In this document: positions 39,361-49,210 of the stretch, one piece after another
How the letters are laid out: each line of letters starts with the position of its first letter
Numbering within the stretch: the first letter of the stretch is position 1
Assembly: GCA_018242255.1 (NCBI GenBank)
Contig: JAFECH010000345.1
Span: 45,799-109,798 of the forward strand
Length of the DNA stretch: 64,000 bases
Source of the DNA: Pseudomonadota bacterium
Lineage (GTDB): Bacteria; Pseudomonadota; Alphaproteobacteria; Rhizobiales; Hyphomicrobiaceae
Direction: 5' to 3'
The notes under the pieces: model-generated
Seen by the model: only the letters and a program-made list of their open reading frames with translations
Database searches by the model: none
Told to the model about the DNA's origin: nothing
Position numbers and translations under genes: made by a program

Positions 39361-39654
39361 TTAGCGTCCGCCGCGACGCGGAGGTCCGCCGCCCGTGCGC
39401 GAAGCGCCAGAAGCATCACCCATCGGAGGCCGGCCGTCCTTGTGGCGGAAGTTGATGCGGCCCTTGGTCAAATCGTAAGGCGTCATCTCGACCGTCACAC
39501 GGTCACCAGCGAGGATGCGGATGCGGTTCTTCTTCATGCGGCCTGACGTGTAGGCGATGACTTCATGCCCATTGTCGAGCTTCACGCGGCAGCGGGCGTC
39601 GGGCAGAACTTCGTCCACCACGCCTTCGAACTCGAGCATCTCTTCTTTCGCCAT
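39361..39654 (-). CDS. infA: Translation initiation factor IF-1 (with G/R-rich C-terminal extension)
   Basis: [18 protein letters not shown]...[34 protein letters not shown]. Confidence 0.98.
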   Translation of the reverse strand: MAKEEMLEFEGVVDEVLPDARCRVKLDNGHEVIAYTSGRMKKNRIRILAGDRVTVEMTPYDLTKGRINFRHKDGRPPMGDASGASRTGGGPPRRGGR

Positions 39655-39685
39655 TCGATCTCCGAACGTTGTTTGTTTTACGAAT

Positions 39686-39719
39686 AAGAAAAGCGGGGAG
39701 CAGACGAGCTGCTCCCCGC
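39686..39719 (-). terminator. Intrinsic terminator between csp and infA
   Basis: GCGGGGAGCAG-N5-CTGCTCCCCGC 11-bp stem followed on the minus strand by TTTTCTT. Confidence 0.8.
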
Positions 39720-39744
39720 ATGAGTGGAGTGGCCTCGAAAACCC

Positions 39745-39951
39745 TTAGAGCGGACGCAGGTTCACGGCAGCGATCTTGCCGTTACGTCCACGCTCGGTTT
39801 CGAAATAGATCTTCTGGCCTTCGCGCAGCGACTGAAGGCCTGCACGCTCAACAGCGGAAATGTGGACGAACACATCGTTTCCACCTTCTTCCGGCTGAAT
39901 GAAGCCGTAGCCCTTCTGACCATTGAACCACTTCACAGTCCCGTTCGACAT
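39745..39951 (-). CDS. cspA: Cold-shock protein (CspA family)
   Basis: GTVKWFNGQKGYGFIQP...DVFVHISA; paralogue identity not resolved. Confidence 0.95.
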   Translation of the reverse strand: MSNGTVKWFNGQKGYGFIQPEEGGNDVFVHISAVERAGLQSLREGQKIYFETERGRNGKIAAVNLRPL

Positions 39952-40243
39952 CAATTGCCTCCAAAGCAAACATAAATTCCCCGGTAGGACACCGGAGGCT
40001 AATCAAATCGCGCGATGGAGACGTCTTAGGGCAGGCGGTAGCGCTGGTAAGAGTAAGCCAAGGCGTGTTCGACGGCGACTTATATGCCTTGCTCCTGCGA
40101 GAAAGGCAAGATCGTCGCAGCCTCTGGGCGATCCCTTCCGACCTCAAAACAGCTTGAAAATGGGACTATTTCCGCTCGTCGTCGCCAGCCGTTTACAGCA
40201 CCCGGATGAAAGAAGGCGGAAACCATGTTTCCGCCTTCAACCT

Positions 40244-40696
40244 TTAGCTGCGCCCGCTCGGCGCATTGAGCGCTACGAACCGGGGGCCGACATCGACGTG
40301 GATGTGATCCATGTCACGGTAGGTCATGGTGCCCCCGTTCCGATGGTTGGCAATGAGCCAACGGACGACTTCGGCCTTGCGGCCCGGCACCCGGAAGTCG
40401 ATCGCCTGCCCCGAAGCGTGCCTGGACGGTCGTCCCGTGCCGGCAATACGCGCGCCGGGACGGCAGGTCGAGACGATCTGGACGTTGCCAAATTGTCCGC
40501 GGATACGCGCGAGGAGGTTGCGGGCCTCCGAAGTCAGACACGTAGTCGATGTACCGGAAAGGCCGCTGATCTTGCGGCTCGTCATTGCCCGATCCCGATA
40601 ACGGTCGCCATCATCCCTGTCCGGCCGAGCTTTGGCGACGCCCGACGTTGTGGTGGCAAGTACAAGGCAAAGTACAGCAAGCGTTCCCTTGCGCAT
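40244..40696 (-). CDS. Peptidase M15A-type (D-Ala-D-Ala carboxypeptidase-like) secreted protein
   Basis: Signal peptide; IVSTCRPG, SRHASGQAIDF, HIHVDVG Zn-binding motifs. Confidence 0.85.
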   Translation of the reverse strand: MRKGTLAVLCLVLATTTSGVAKARPDRDDGDRYRDRAMTSRKISGLSGTSTTCLTSEARNLLARIRGQFGNVQIVSTCRPGARIAGTGRPSRHASGQAIDFRVPGRKAEVVRWLIANHRNGGTMTYRDMDHIHVDVGPRFVALNAPSGRS

Positions 40697-41111
40697 GGGA
40701 AGTCCTCATTCGTTTGAGTGATGAAAAGGCCCAATCGGGTCCGCTCCGCGTCGGTCCGACGCGGCTCTGGCGAGCTCAGGGCTCGAAGACCAAGCAATTG
40801 GAATAAACGGGGAACCGCGAGCGCCAGCCCCCCAGACGCGCCGCCCCCGTTTCAAATCTCATCCGAGATTGCGGTGCCCATCCCGTGGATGAGCGGCACC
40901 TTTGTGCGGCGCGCTCTGAAAGCCGGAGGGGATGGGCGAAAATGAGGCGATTTGCGCCGACGACGGAGGAACCGTTGCCGCACGCGGACAATGACGGCTC
41001 GAAATCCGCATTTTGAGCATCGGACAATGGATTTGGCCGAGCAAGCAGAGTAGCAATTGTGACGGGGAACGTCATGCGTGCGGAAGGGAAATCGGGAAGG
41101 GGGACACGACC

Positions 41112-41567
41112 ATGAATGTCTTGAAGAGTCTTGGATTCGGCTTCATCGCGGGAGTGATCGCTGCGGCGACCGTGCAAGAAGCTATCAGCTGGTTGTTCGT
41201 TCACTACTGGACAGGATGGGACGCCGAGCCATGGAGCCTTCGGCCGATGCCGAGCCTCCTCATTCCCTCGGTCGTGCTGCCTTGGATGATCGGTAACGGC
41301 ATCACAGCTGGACTATGGGGTGCTCTCTTCGGTCTTCTGTTGGGCTGGAAGCCGATCGGCATGATGACGATCCGCGGAGCCATCCTGGGACTTTTCGGTC
41401 CGGCGCTCATCGGTGCGTTCATCGTCGTCCCGTACCTCGCTGGAAAACCCTCGCCGCTGCTCGAGGGCGACGTCGGCCAGATCGTGCCCATCCTGTGCAT
41501 GTCGGCCGGGTTTGGCGCGGTCACGGCATGGTTCTACGGTCTCTTTAGCTGGGGGCGGCTGCCCTAG
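41112..41567 (+). CDS. Hypothetical multi-pass membrane protein
   Basis: About four hydrophobic segments; ATG after a GGGGGA RBS-like sequence. Confidence 0.7.
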   Translation: MNVLKSLGFGFIAGVIAAATVQEAISWLFVHYWTGWDAEPWSLRPMPSLLIPSVVLPWMIGNGITAGLWGALFGLLLGWKPIGMMTIRGAILGLFGPALIGAFIVVPYLAGKPSPLLEGDVGQIVPILCMSAGFGAVTAWFYGLFSWGRLP

Positions 41568-41672
41568 GCCATTTCGGCGCGGCGGCTGTTGCACCGTCGC
41601 GCCAATGCTTACCTCCAGTGCAACGCGCCTCCCGTCGGAGACGTGCGTCGCGCATTCTAAGCGAGGTAGGGC

Positions 41673-41927
41673 ATGCGAGAATTATTGATTGCGCTGATCG
41701 CAGCATCTGCGGCGTTTGCCGCTTCGTCCCCGGCAGCGGCGACGGATAAGCCACACGCCAGGACAAAGCATACTTGGCAGAAGCCTGCCTCCCGTGTGGA
41801 CCGCGATTGTGTGCCGATCAACGGCCGGTATGGCTATTACGGTAATCCGTGGTGCGACACCGGCTCGTCGCGGCCGCCGGACATCGAGTTTCGCGAGCGT
41901 CATCGCTGGCAGAAGCAGCGCGGATAA
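41673..41927 (+). CDS. Small secreted hypothetical protein
   Basis: Signal peptide; CVPINGRYGYYGNPWC motif. Confidence 0.65.
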   Translation: MRELLIALIAASAAFAASSPAAATDKPHARTKHTWQKPASRVDRDCVPINGRYGYYGNPWCDTGSSRPPDIEFRERHRWQKQRG

Positions 41928-41933
41928 CGCGCT

Positions 41934-42164
41934 TTAGTCTTTGGAATTTTGCCGGGCGCGTGTTTGCAGCCGTTCCAGCAACCATACGCGGACTGCACTC
42001 GAAAGCCCCGCCTCTCCGCGCGTTTTATCGATGCTATTGATTAAGCCTGCGAGTGTCATACCGTCTTCCGCCGCGGCTTCCTTGAGCGCGATCCAAAACG
42101 CGCTCTCCAGCGAAATCGAAGTTCGGTGCCCCTGGATCGAGAACGAGCGCTTTTCAGGCCTCAT
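41934..42164 (-). CDS. Ribbon-helix-helix domain protein (RHH_4 type)
   Basis: KRSFSIQGHRTSISLESAFWIALKEAA...LSSAVRVWLL. Confidence 0.9.
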   Translation of the reverse strand: MRPEKRSFSIQGHRTSISLESAFWIALKEAAAEDGMTLAGLINSIDKTRGEAGLSSAVRVWLLERLQTRARQNSKD

Positions 42165-42391
42165 TACGAGGCTGGGCTGGGATCGAAGTCATCTGCGTCG
42201 TTAGATGGGCCGTTGTCGTCGCGCCGTGCACCATCGAGTTCGCCTTGCGTCTTGCGCTGTTGCGCATCGGCAAGGCTGCGTTCAACCTTTGATTGCCCGT
42301 ACTTAAGCCGGTTCTCGTGCGCCTCTCTTTCGCGGTCGGCGCGCTCGCGGGCTTTACGGACCTTGTTGAGATTGATGATCTCGGCGGTCAT
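42164..42391 (-). CDS. DUF4169 family protein
   Basis: MTAEIINLNKVRKARERA...ENRLKYGQSK. Confidence 0.88.
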   Translation of the reverse strand: MTAEIINLNKVRKARERADREREAHENRLKYGQSKVERSLADAQQRKTQGELDGARRDDNGPSNDADDFDPSPAS

Positions 42392-42589
42392 AAAATGCTC
42401 TCCGCATGGGATGCAAATCGCATCTTGGCTTCGCACCATTTTAGGAGCACCTGCGTAACGCCGTCAAACACTCGCACACATTTTATTGTGCGAGTGCCGT
42501 TCGGTCGCAACGCATCTCACTTTCAGTGTTCGTTCAGAGAAGGCATCGCGTGAGCGGCAACTGCACGTCGATAGAACGATTTTAAGTTA

Positions 42590-43981
42590 TCACTCCGGCC
42601 CTATCATCTTTTCCGGACGCACGATCTCATCGAACTCTTTGTCTGTTACATAACCGCCGCCGACGGCTTCATCGCGCAGAGTCGTGCCGTTTTTATGCGC
42701 TGTTTTCGCGATCTTGGCGGCGTTGTCGTAGCCGATCTTCGGCGCGAGCGCCGTCACAAGCATTAACGAGCGCTCCAGCCCGGCTTTGATGTTGTCTTCA
42801 CGCGGCTCGATGCCGACGACGCAATTATCGGTGAACGACACCGCCGCATCGCTCATCAGGCGGACCGATTGCAGGAAATTATAGGCCATCACCGGATTGT
42901 AAACGTTGAGTTCGAAGTGGCCCTGGCTGCCGGCGAACGAAATCGCGGCATTGTTGCCGAAGATCTGGATGCAGACCTGGGTCAGCGCTTCGCACTGAGT
43001 CGGGTTAACTTTGCCCGGCATGATCGACGAGCCGGGCTCGTTCTCAGGCAACGACAACTCGCCGAGGCCGGAGCGCGGCCCCGATCCGAGCAGGCGGATA
43101 TCGTTCGCAATCTTGAACAGAGACGCTGCGACCGTGTTGATTGCGCCGTGCGTGAATACCATCGCGTCGTGGGCGGCGAGCGCTTCGAATTTGTTCGGCG
43201 CCGACTTGAACGGCATGCCGGTAATAGTTGCGATTCGCTCCGCAACCATTTCCGCGAAGCTCTTTGGCGCGTTGAGGCCAGTGCCCACCGCCGTGCCGCC
43301 CTGCGCAAGTTCCATCAGCTTCGGCAGTGACTGCTCGATGCGTTCGATGCCGTTCTCTACCTGCTGGGTATAACCGGAGAATTCCTGACCGAGCGTCAGG
43401 GGCGTCGCATCCTGTGTGTGCGTGCGGCCGATCTTGATGATCTTCGCCCACGCCTTGGCCTTGTCGTCGAGCGCACCCTGTAGCTTCTTGAGCGCAGGGA
43501 TCAGTCGGTTAACGACTTCCTCCGAACACGCGATGTGCATGGCCGTCGGATAGGTGTCGTTCGACGACTGGCTCATGTTGACGTGATCGTTCGGATGCAC
43601 CGGCTTCTTCGAGCCCAACTCGCCCCCGAGCATTTCGATAGCTCGGTTCGAGATGACCTCGTTGGCGTTCATGTTCGATTGCGTGCCCGAGCCGGTCTGC
43701 CAGACGACGAGCGGAAAGTGCGGATCGAGCTTGCCGTCGATGACTTCCTGCGCTGCCTTAACGATGGCATCGCCGATTTTGCCGTCGAGCCGGCCGAGCG
43801 CCATGTTCGTCTCGGCCGCCGCCCGTTTGACGATGCCAAGAGCGCGGACGATAGGGGCCGGCTGCTTTTCCCAGCCGATCTTGAAATTGCCGAGGCTGCG
43901 CTGGGCCTGCGCACCCCAATACCGGTCCGCCGCAACGTCGATGGGTCCGAAGGTGTCGGTTTCAGTGCGCGTCTTTGTCAT
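42590..43981 (-). CDS. fumC: Fumarate hydratase class II
   Basis: [46 protein letters not shown]. Confidence 0.99.
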   Translation of the reverse strand: MTKTRTETDTFGPIDVAADRYWGAQAQRSLGNFKIGWEKQPAPIVRALGIVKRAAAETNMALGRLDGKIGDAIVKAAQEVIDGKLDPHFPLVVWQTGSGTQSNMNANEVISNRAIEMLGGELGSKKPVHPNDHVNMSQSSNDTYPTAMHIACSEEVVNRLIPALKKLQGALDDKAKAWAKIIKIGRTHTQDATPLTLGQEFSGYTQQVENGIERIEQSLPKLMELAQGGTAVGTGLNAPKSFAEMVAERIATITGMPFKSAPNKFEALAAHDAMVFTHGAINTVAASLFKIANDIRLLGSGPRSGLGELSLPENEPGSSIMPGKVNPTQCEALTQVCIQIFGNNAAISFAGSQGHFELNVYNPVMAYNFLQSVRLMSDAAVSFTDNCVVGIEPREDNIKAGLERSLMLVTALAPKIGYDNAAKIAKTAHKNGTTLRDEAVGGGYVTDKEFDEIVRPEKMIGPE

Positions 43982-44354
43982 GAGATCGGTCCCATCCGTG
44001 TCTGGCTCGAAAAGTCCGAGCTTCGTCGCGCATGAGGCACGTTTTGTCGAGTGTTTTTAAGCCGATCTAGATCTCCATTATGCCGCGAAATAGCAGCGTC
44101 GAGTCCTTGGAGCGGGTCGGGCGAGTGGCAGGTCTTGATCACCGGCATTCACTGACATGACCGTCGATGTTTTCGGTGCGCATGCGGTCGAGGCGAAATG
44201 CACCGGCTCTATTGCCGAAAATCGCAATTAATTCACGACAACTGCAATAAGTAATGACTCGAAAGATCATTACCTTTAAATCTGGCAGGGAAGTAAGCAA
44301 AGCGACGTTTGACTACGTGCGAAATATTTAGTCGCCGGTCCACGGAGTATTGCA

Positions 44355-46004
44355 ATGTCTGTGCAGCATTCGCCAGCCGCTTCGATCCCCGCCGATACAA
44401 AATGCAAAAGCGGTCCAGCCGATAGTATCGGTATGATTCCTATCGAAAGACGAGCGCTTCTCTTGGGCGCCGCCGCCATGACGGCAGGATCGCTCTGTTC
44501 GCCAGCGTCAGCTAAGCCTGAGGCTCCCGACCTCTCGGGGGCGTTGGAGAAATTCCGGACTACGATCCCCGGTCATTTCGACCGCGATTATATTGAGAAT
44601 GCCGTCATTCCATTTTATCTCGGCAGCGTCTTCGCGGGCGAGCGGCCTATCCTCCCGATGATCGACCTGCCGCTCACGAAGCAAAACGCGATCCCTTATG
44701 ATTTCTGGGGAATGCTTTACGACGATTGGAAGCCGACGCCGTCAGAAGGCGTCACCGTTTTTCTTGAGGGGCTAGAGAACCGCGGCGACAATAATTTGCG
44801 CAAGCGGATCTATTTCAGCGGTGTTACGCCCGACCTCTATGTTCCGAAATACCAAGCCAAGGTCGTCGCCTTCTTCGACAAGCTTCTCGATCCGAAGAAC
44901 GCCGGTAAGCCGTTCATGCGTCACTATCTCGATTATTATTGGGACATTTACTGGGATCTGCATTTGGGCTTGAAGGGCGAAGAAGTGCCCCCGCAAGTTC
45001 GCGCGATCGGAGAAAGTTTCAACACCGTCCTTGCCTATCGCAACCCTCTCGACGACATCGTCTACGAAAACTATATGGCTGTTAGGGCGCTTCGGCCGTT
45101 CCTGACAAAATGGATCGATGCCAAGCTTGACGATATTGAGAAAGGGCGCGTTTCCGAGCCCGAAAAGACCATCGCCTATTACTGGCTTAAGAATGCGGGC
45201 GATGGAAAATATTTCGCGAAGCGAGACGTCATTTTCGAATGCTTCCATAATTTTGTGGCGTTTAGCCAGTGGGGTAATTCCATCTTCGGCATCATGAACC
45301 GCCTCAATCAGAATGGTGGTGATGCCGCGGTTCGGGCGTCCTTCCAAACGACGATGAGCGGCGACTTCGACAATGCGAAAGGCGCGCCTTATACACCCCT
45401 TGAACTTCTGGTCATGGAACTGTTCCGGACGATCTCGCCTAACGGCGGCAGCATATCGGCGATCACCGATACAAGATCTTCGTCTTTTTACGGTGGCTCG
45501 CCATTCGCCGAGCTAGGGCTCCCTTACGAGCGGCACTCGTATATGAATACCCCTCACACCGCCACGAGCTTCGATAAGCGCCTGTGGCAGGAACCTTATC
45601 GCTTCGATCCCGAGCGCTATTTGAGCGTTCCCACCAGCGCTGAGATCAACGAGGAGAAATGTAAACTCGTCGGTCTTCCGCATTGCCCCTTCGACATCAC
45701 CACGCTCCCTGTCAGCGACGGCCGCAAGACGGGGATCACGAACAGCGGCTTTGGAACCGTATTCGCTGTACAAGATGGGAAGGCGGCGCCGGTCTGTGAC
45801 TACGCGGGTTTTGCGCCCTTTGGCTTCGGCTATCGACGCTGCCCTGGAGAGCAACTGACGATCGACGTGTTCGCGGATTTTCTGCGCAAGGTCTGGCGAG
45901 ATAAGATCGTTTTTCACACACTCGGCCAACCCAATCCAGGAAGAGTTCCGGTCGGTCCAGGTGCGGTGATCGACGACGACATCGGTTTCTCACGGCCGAC
46001 GTAA
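44355..46004 (+). CDS. Atypical cytochrome P450-fold protein with a twin-arginine (Tat) signal peptide
   Basis: Heme-thiolate motif FGFGYRRCPG (45819-45848), ExxR (ELFR), PERF-like FDPERY; N-terminal ERRALLLGAAAMTAGSLCSPASA. Confidence 0.8.
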   Translation: MSVQHSPAASIPADTKCKSGPADSIGMIPIERRALLLGAAAMTAGSLCSPASAKPEAPDLSGALEKFRTTIPGHFDRDYIENAVIPFYLGSVFAGERPILPMIDLPLTKQNAIPYDFWGMLYDDWKPTPSEGVTVFLEGLENRGDNNLRKRIYFSGVTPDLYVPKYQAKVVAFFDKLLDPKNAGKPFMRHYLDYYWDIYWDLHLGLKGEEVPPQVRAIGESFNTVLAYRNPLDDIVYENYMAVRALRPFLTKWIDAKLDDIEKGRVSEPEKTIAYYWLKNAGDGKYFAKRDVIFECFHNFVAFSQWGNSIFGIMNRLNQNGGDAAVRASFQTTMSGDFDNAKGAPYTPLELLVMELFRTISPNGGSISAITDTRSSSFYGGSPFAELGLPYERHSYMNTPHTATSFDKRLWQEPYRFDPERYLSVPTSAEINEEKCKLVGLPHCPFDITTLPVSDGRKTGITNSGFGTVFAVQDGKAAPVCDYAGFAPFGFGYRRCPGEQLTIDVFADFLRKVWRDKIVFHTLGQPNPGRVPVGPGAVIDDDIGFSRPT

Positions 46005-46044
46005 CGTCGACGTCTGATGCCGTCCGTAGAGACGCTCGGGCGTT

Positions 46045-46710
46045 TTATTTCTTACGGAATTGATCCAGGCTGAGGATCTTTGCGCCGCCAGTTTCGGACT
46101 GTTTCTCCGCCCCGTCTTCGTCGCCGTCGTTCGGCGGGTTTTCGCCGGCGCGCGTCGCCGGTTCCGGATTGGGCGGCAACGCCTCGGTCGGCGCGACGGC
46201 TGTCAGGGTTGAGATGTTCTGGGCATCCTTGTCAGCGGCGCGCGACTTGCGCGGCGCACGCGGCTTTTTCGGACGCGGAGCTTCGGTGCTGGCATCATCA
46301 TAAGTTGCGTCGATGGCGCGAGGTGCGGACGCGGCGGCCTCTTGCTCGCTGGTCTCTTCATCGAACTGCAGGCCGTAGCGCACGCTCGGATCGATGAAGA
46401 CCTTGATGGCCGCGAACGGTACGACGAGACGTTCCGGGATGCCGTCGAACGTCAGCTTCACCTCGAACCGCTCGTCGGAAACGATCAGGTCCCAGAACCG
46501 ATGCTGCAGGACGATTGTCATCTCGGTCGGATATTTTTCCTTGAGCCGCTTCGACAGGATCACGCCCGGAGCCTGCGTCAGAAAGGAAATATAAAAATGA
46601 TGCTCGCCCGGGAGACCGGTCTTGACGACCCGTTGCAGAACGGCGCGCACGACACCGCGCATCGCCTCTTGCTGCAGTTTCCCGTAATCTATGGACGGCC
46701 CCGATGCCAT
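46045..46710 (-). CDS. sspB: SspB-alpha, ClpXP adaptor (stringent starvation protein B family)
   Basis: IDYGKLQQEAMRGVV, HHFYISF, YPTEMTIVLQHRFWDL, C-terminal ILSLDQFRKK ClpX-binding tail; immediately downstream of ssrA. Confidence 0.93.
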   Translation of the reverse strand: MASGPSIDYGKLQQEAMRGVVRAVLQRVVKTGLPGEHHFYISFLTQAPGVILSKRLKEKYPTEMTIVLQHRFWDLIVSDERFEVKLTFDGIPERLVVPFAAIKVFIDPSVRYGLQFDEETSEQEAAASAPRAIDATYDDASTEAPRPKKPRAPRKSRAADKDAQNISTLTAVAPTEALPPNPEPATRAGENPPNDGDEDGAEKQSETGGAKILSLDQFRKK

Positions 46711-46811
46711 GCCTCAGCCTTCAATTCCGCTTTAATTCCATCTGACCTCTGAAATCAGATTTCCCGTCCCGTCAAGCCCGCCCGGCCAAGTTTGATCCGG
46801 TGCACAGGCGG

Positions 46812-47212
46812 AAAGGTGGAGGGCTTCTGTTGCCCGGTGCCCTCCGGACCGCGCCTTACCCTGCTAAGGGTAAGGGCTTCAAGTTCAGGCTAGTCGCGCT
46901 GCATTACGCAGCGAGAGCGGCCTCAGCATAGTTGTCATTGGCAACTATTCTGTATGACCCGATAACGGTGGTATCATGCCGAGCAAAAGCTAAGTCCTTT
47001 ACACCTTCGTCGATCCTATTTCGCCCCCATAACAGCTGGGCCTTACGGCCTGTGCTCGCCGGGAAATCCCGACGAAACCACCGGGCCTTGCGGCCGGCTC
47101 CCCGAAGGGAGGCGCAAGGCCCAGCATAAAATGGTGGAGGCGCCGGGTACCGCCCCCGGGTCCGATCGGCTTATTACGACCGCGTTTATCGCCATAGCCG
47201 GCAGAGCCGGCA
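46812..47212 (-). ncRNA. ssrA: Permuted two-piece tmRNA
   Basis: Acceptor piece ends GGCGCCTCCACCA at 47132; coding piece starts GGGGGCG at 47028; tag frame 46942-46904 encodes ANDNYAEAALAA-stop; TATATT -10 at about 47218-47223. Outer ends approximate. Confidence 0.93.
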
Positions 47213-47400
47213 CCCTGAATATAGGGGGCAACCGTTACGAAAAAAAGCGTTTCGGTGACCGGAGTTTCGTTCGTCCTGAAAACCTGTTACCGGCTGTGAC
47301 AGCGGGGTAACGATCAGCCTGCCCGAGGTGGTCCCCCGGGACGCCGCATTTGCGTGGGCGTTTCGTTGCAAGCGCCGCCAAAAAAAGCAGATAATCCCCC

Positions 47401-48159
47401 GTGGAAAACATAATTCAGACCTGGAAAGGCGTCGCCGTCACGGCCGTTCTGGCTGTCGGGATCGTGATCTTGGCAACCCAAGCCGGGTACGCGGCCGCCT
47501 GGCTGTTCGATGTCTGGGCGCAAATTCATGAGCCTCGCGCATTTGCCGCAGGCGAGATGGAAGCTCTGTTGACCGGCCGAGTGGCCTCTTCACTGTTTGC
47601 CTTTCAGGTGGTGACGATAGCGTCGGTTCTTCTGGTCGATGCCTATGGCCGCCGCACGACGGGCGCCAGCGCGCTGAATTTCGCCATGCCGCGCGGCGGG
47701 GTCTGGACGCTCATACTCTCCGTCATCGCCCTCGTCGCATTCGCAACCAGCTTCGCTTCGCTCGTTTTTGTCTTCAACCCGGAGGCGTTGCGTCACGATT
47801 TGCAGCCGTTTTCCGAGATGATGCAGTCGCGGACCTGGTGGCTCATCCTGCTGGCTGCAGGCATCGGTGCGCCGCTGGCGGAAGAATTGCTCTTTCGAGG
47901 GCTGATCTTCGGCGCTTTGCGGCAATCACCCCTCGGCTTCATCGGCGCGACGCTGATTACAGCGATTACTTGGGCGTCGCTCCACGCCAACTATTCGCTT
48001 TATGGCCTCGGCGCGATCACGTTTATTGGCCTTTATCTGGCTTGGTTGCGTGAGCGCACCGGCGGCCTGCTGGCTCCAATGGTTTGTCACGGGTGCTACA
48101 ACTCGTTGATCATTCTGCTTATGGTCATGGCACCCAATAGTTCGCTGACGACCGGCTGA
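47401..48159 (+). CDS. CPBP family intramembrane glutamic endopeptidase (CAAX/Abi)
   Basis: [25 protein letters not shown]. Confidence 0.9.
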   Translation: MENIIQTWKGVAVTAVLAVGIVILATQAGYAAAWLFDVWAQIHEPRAFAAGEMEALLTGRVASSLFAFQVVTIASVLLVDAYGRRTTGASALNFAMPRGGVWTLILSVIALVAFATSFASLVFVFNPEALRHDLQPFSEMMQSRTWWLILLAAGIGAPLAEELLFRGLIFGALRQSPLGFIGATLITAITWASLHANYSLYGLGAITFIGLYLAWLRERTGGLLAPMVCHGCYNSLIILLMVMAPNSSLTTG

Positions 48160-48191
48160 AGGTCGTCCTAGAATCGCATAAGTCTGAAGCC

Positions 48192-48986
48192 ATGCAGCAA
48201 TATCTCGATCTTCTGCGCCATGTGCGTGACCACGGCACGAAAAAGACGGACCGCACCGGCACCGGCACGCTGTCCGTCTTCGGCCATCAGATGCGCTTCG
48301 ATCTGGCCGAGGGCTTTCCGCTCGTCACGACCAAGAAGCTGCACACCAAGTCGATCATCGTCGAACTGCTCTGGTTCCTGGCCGGCGCGACCAACACACA
48401 ATATCTGAAAGATCATGGCGTCAGCATCTGGGACGAGTGGGCGGACTCGGACGGCAACCTCGGGCCGGTTTACGGTAAGCAGTGGCGAAGCTGGGAAGCC
48501 GCCGACGGCACGACCATCGATCAGATCGCAAACGCCGTCTCGGATCTGAAGCGCAATCCGGATTCGCGCCGCATTATCGTGACGGCGTGGAACCCTGGCG
48601 ACCTGTCGAGGATGGCGCTCGCGCCGTGCCACTGCTTGTTTCAGTTCTACGTCGCCGACGGCAAGCTCTCGTGCCAGCTTTATCAGCGTTCGGCCGATAT
48701 TTTCTTAGGCGTGCCGTTCAACATCGCGAGCTATGCGCTGCTGACGATGATGATGGCGCAGGTGACCGAGCTGAAGCCCGGCGAGTTCGTGCACACGTTC
48801 GGCGATGCGCACCTTTATCTCAATCATCTCGAACAGGCCGACCTGCAGCTCTCGCGAACACCACGCCCGCTGCCGACGATGACGATCAACCCGGACGTCA
48901 CCTCGATCTTCGATTTCAAATACGAAGACTTCACGCTGTCCGGCTACGACCCGGACCCGCACATCAAAGCGCCGGTTGCGGTGTGA
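48192..48986 (+). CDS. thyA: Thymidylate synthase
   Basis: [40 protein letters not shown]. Confidence 0.99.
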   Translation: MQQYLDLLRHVRDHGTKKTDRTGTGTLSVFGHQMRFDLAEGFPLVTTKKLHTKSIIVELLWFLAGATNTQYLKDHGVSIWDEWADSDGNLGPVYGKQWRSWEAADGTTIDQIANAVSDLKRNPDSRRIIVTAWNPGDLSRMALAPCHCLFQFYVADGKLSCQLYQRSADIFLGVPFNIASYALLTMMMAQVTELKPGEFVHTFGDAHLYLNHLEQADLQLSRTPRPLPTMTINPDVTSIFDFKYEDFTLSGYDPDPHIKAPVAV

Positions 48987-49062
48987 TCTAAATTCTAACC
49001 GTCGTGCCGACGGAGGTCGGCAGCCAGACAAGCATCGGCATCAACATTGCGTTCAACTTGAC

Positions 49063-49089
49063 TGGATCCCGGCCTGAGCCGGGATGACG
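49063..49089. repeat. Solo REP-like palindromic element
   Basis: TGGATCCCGGC-CTGA-GCCGGGATGACG, whose reverse complement GTCATCCCGGC...GCCGGGATCCA has the shape of common alphaproteobacterial intergenic palindromes. Only one copy seen in the window. Confidence 0.55.
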
Positions 49090-49210
49090 TTGCTGGGCTC
49101 CATTAAGCCGTCCGCGACGGCCGGCTCTGCGAAGCAAAGTCGTCGCGGACAAACGAAAAGCTCTGCGCAGCAGAGTCGCCGCCACCAAACAAAGATGCTA
49201 TGCCCCACCG

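Noticed and set aside
47050-47080. Possible hammerhead ribozyme in the tmRNA intervening segment (CGAAAC present on the plus strand)
   Set aside because: No CUGANGA core on either strand, and the CGAAAC is on the non-transcribed strand.
46045-47212. ssrA next to sspB as a novel linkage
   Set aside because: Functionally coherent but consistent with an ordinary backbone arrangement in this class; not treated as novel.
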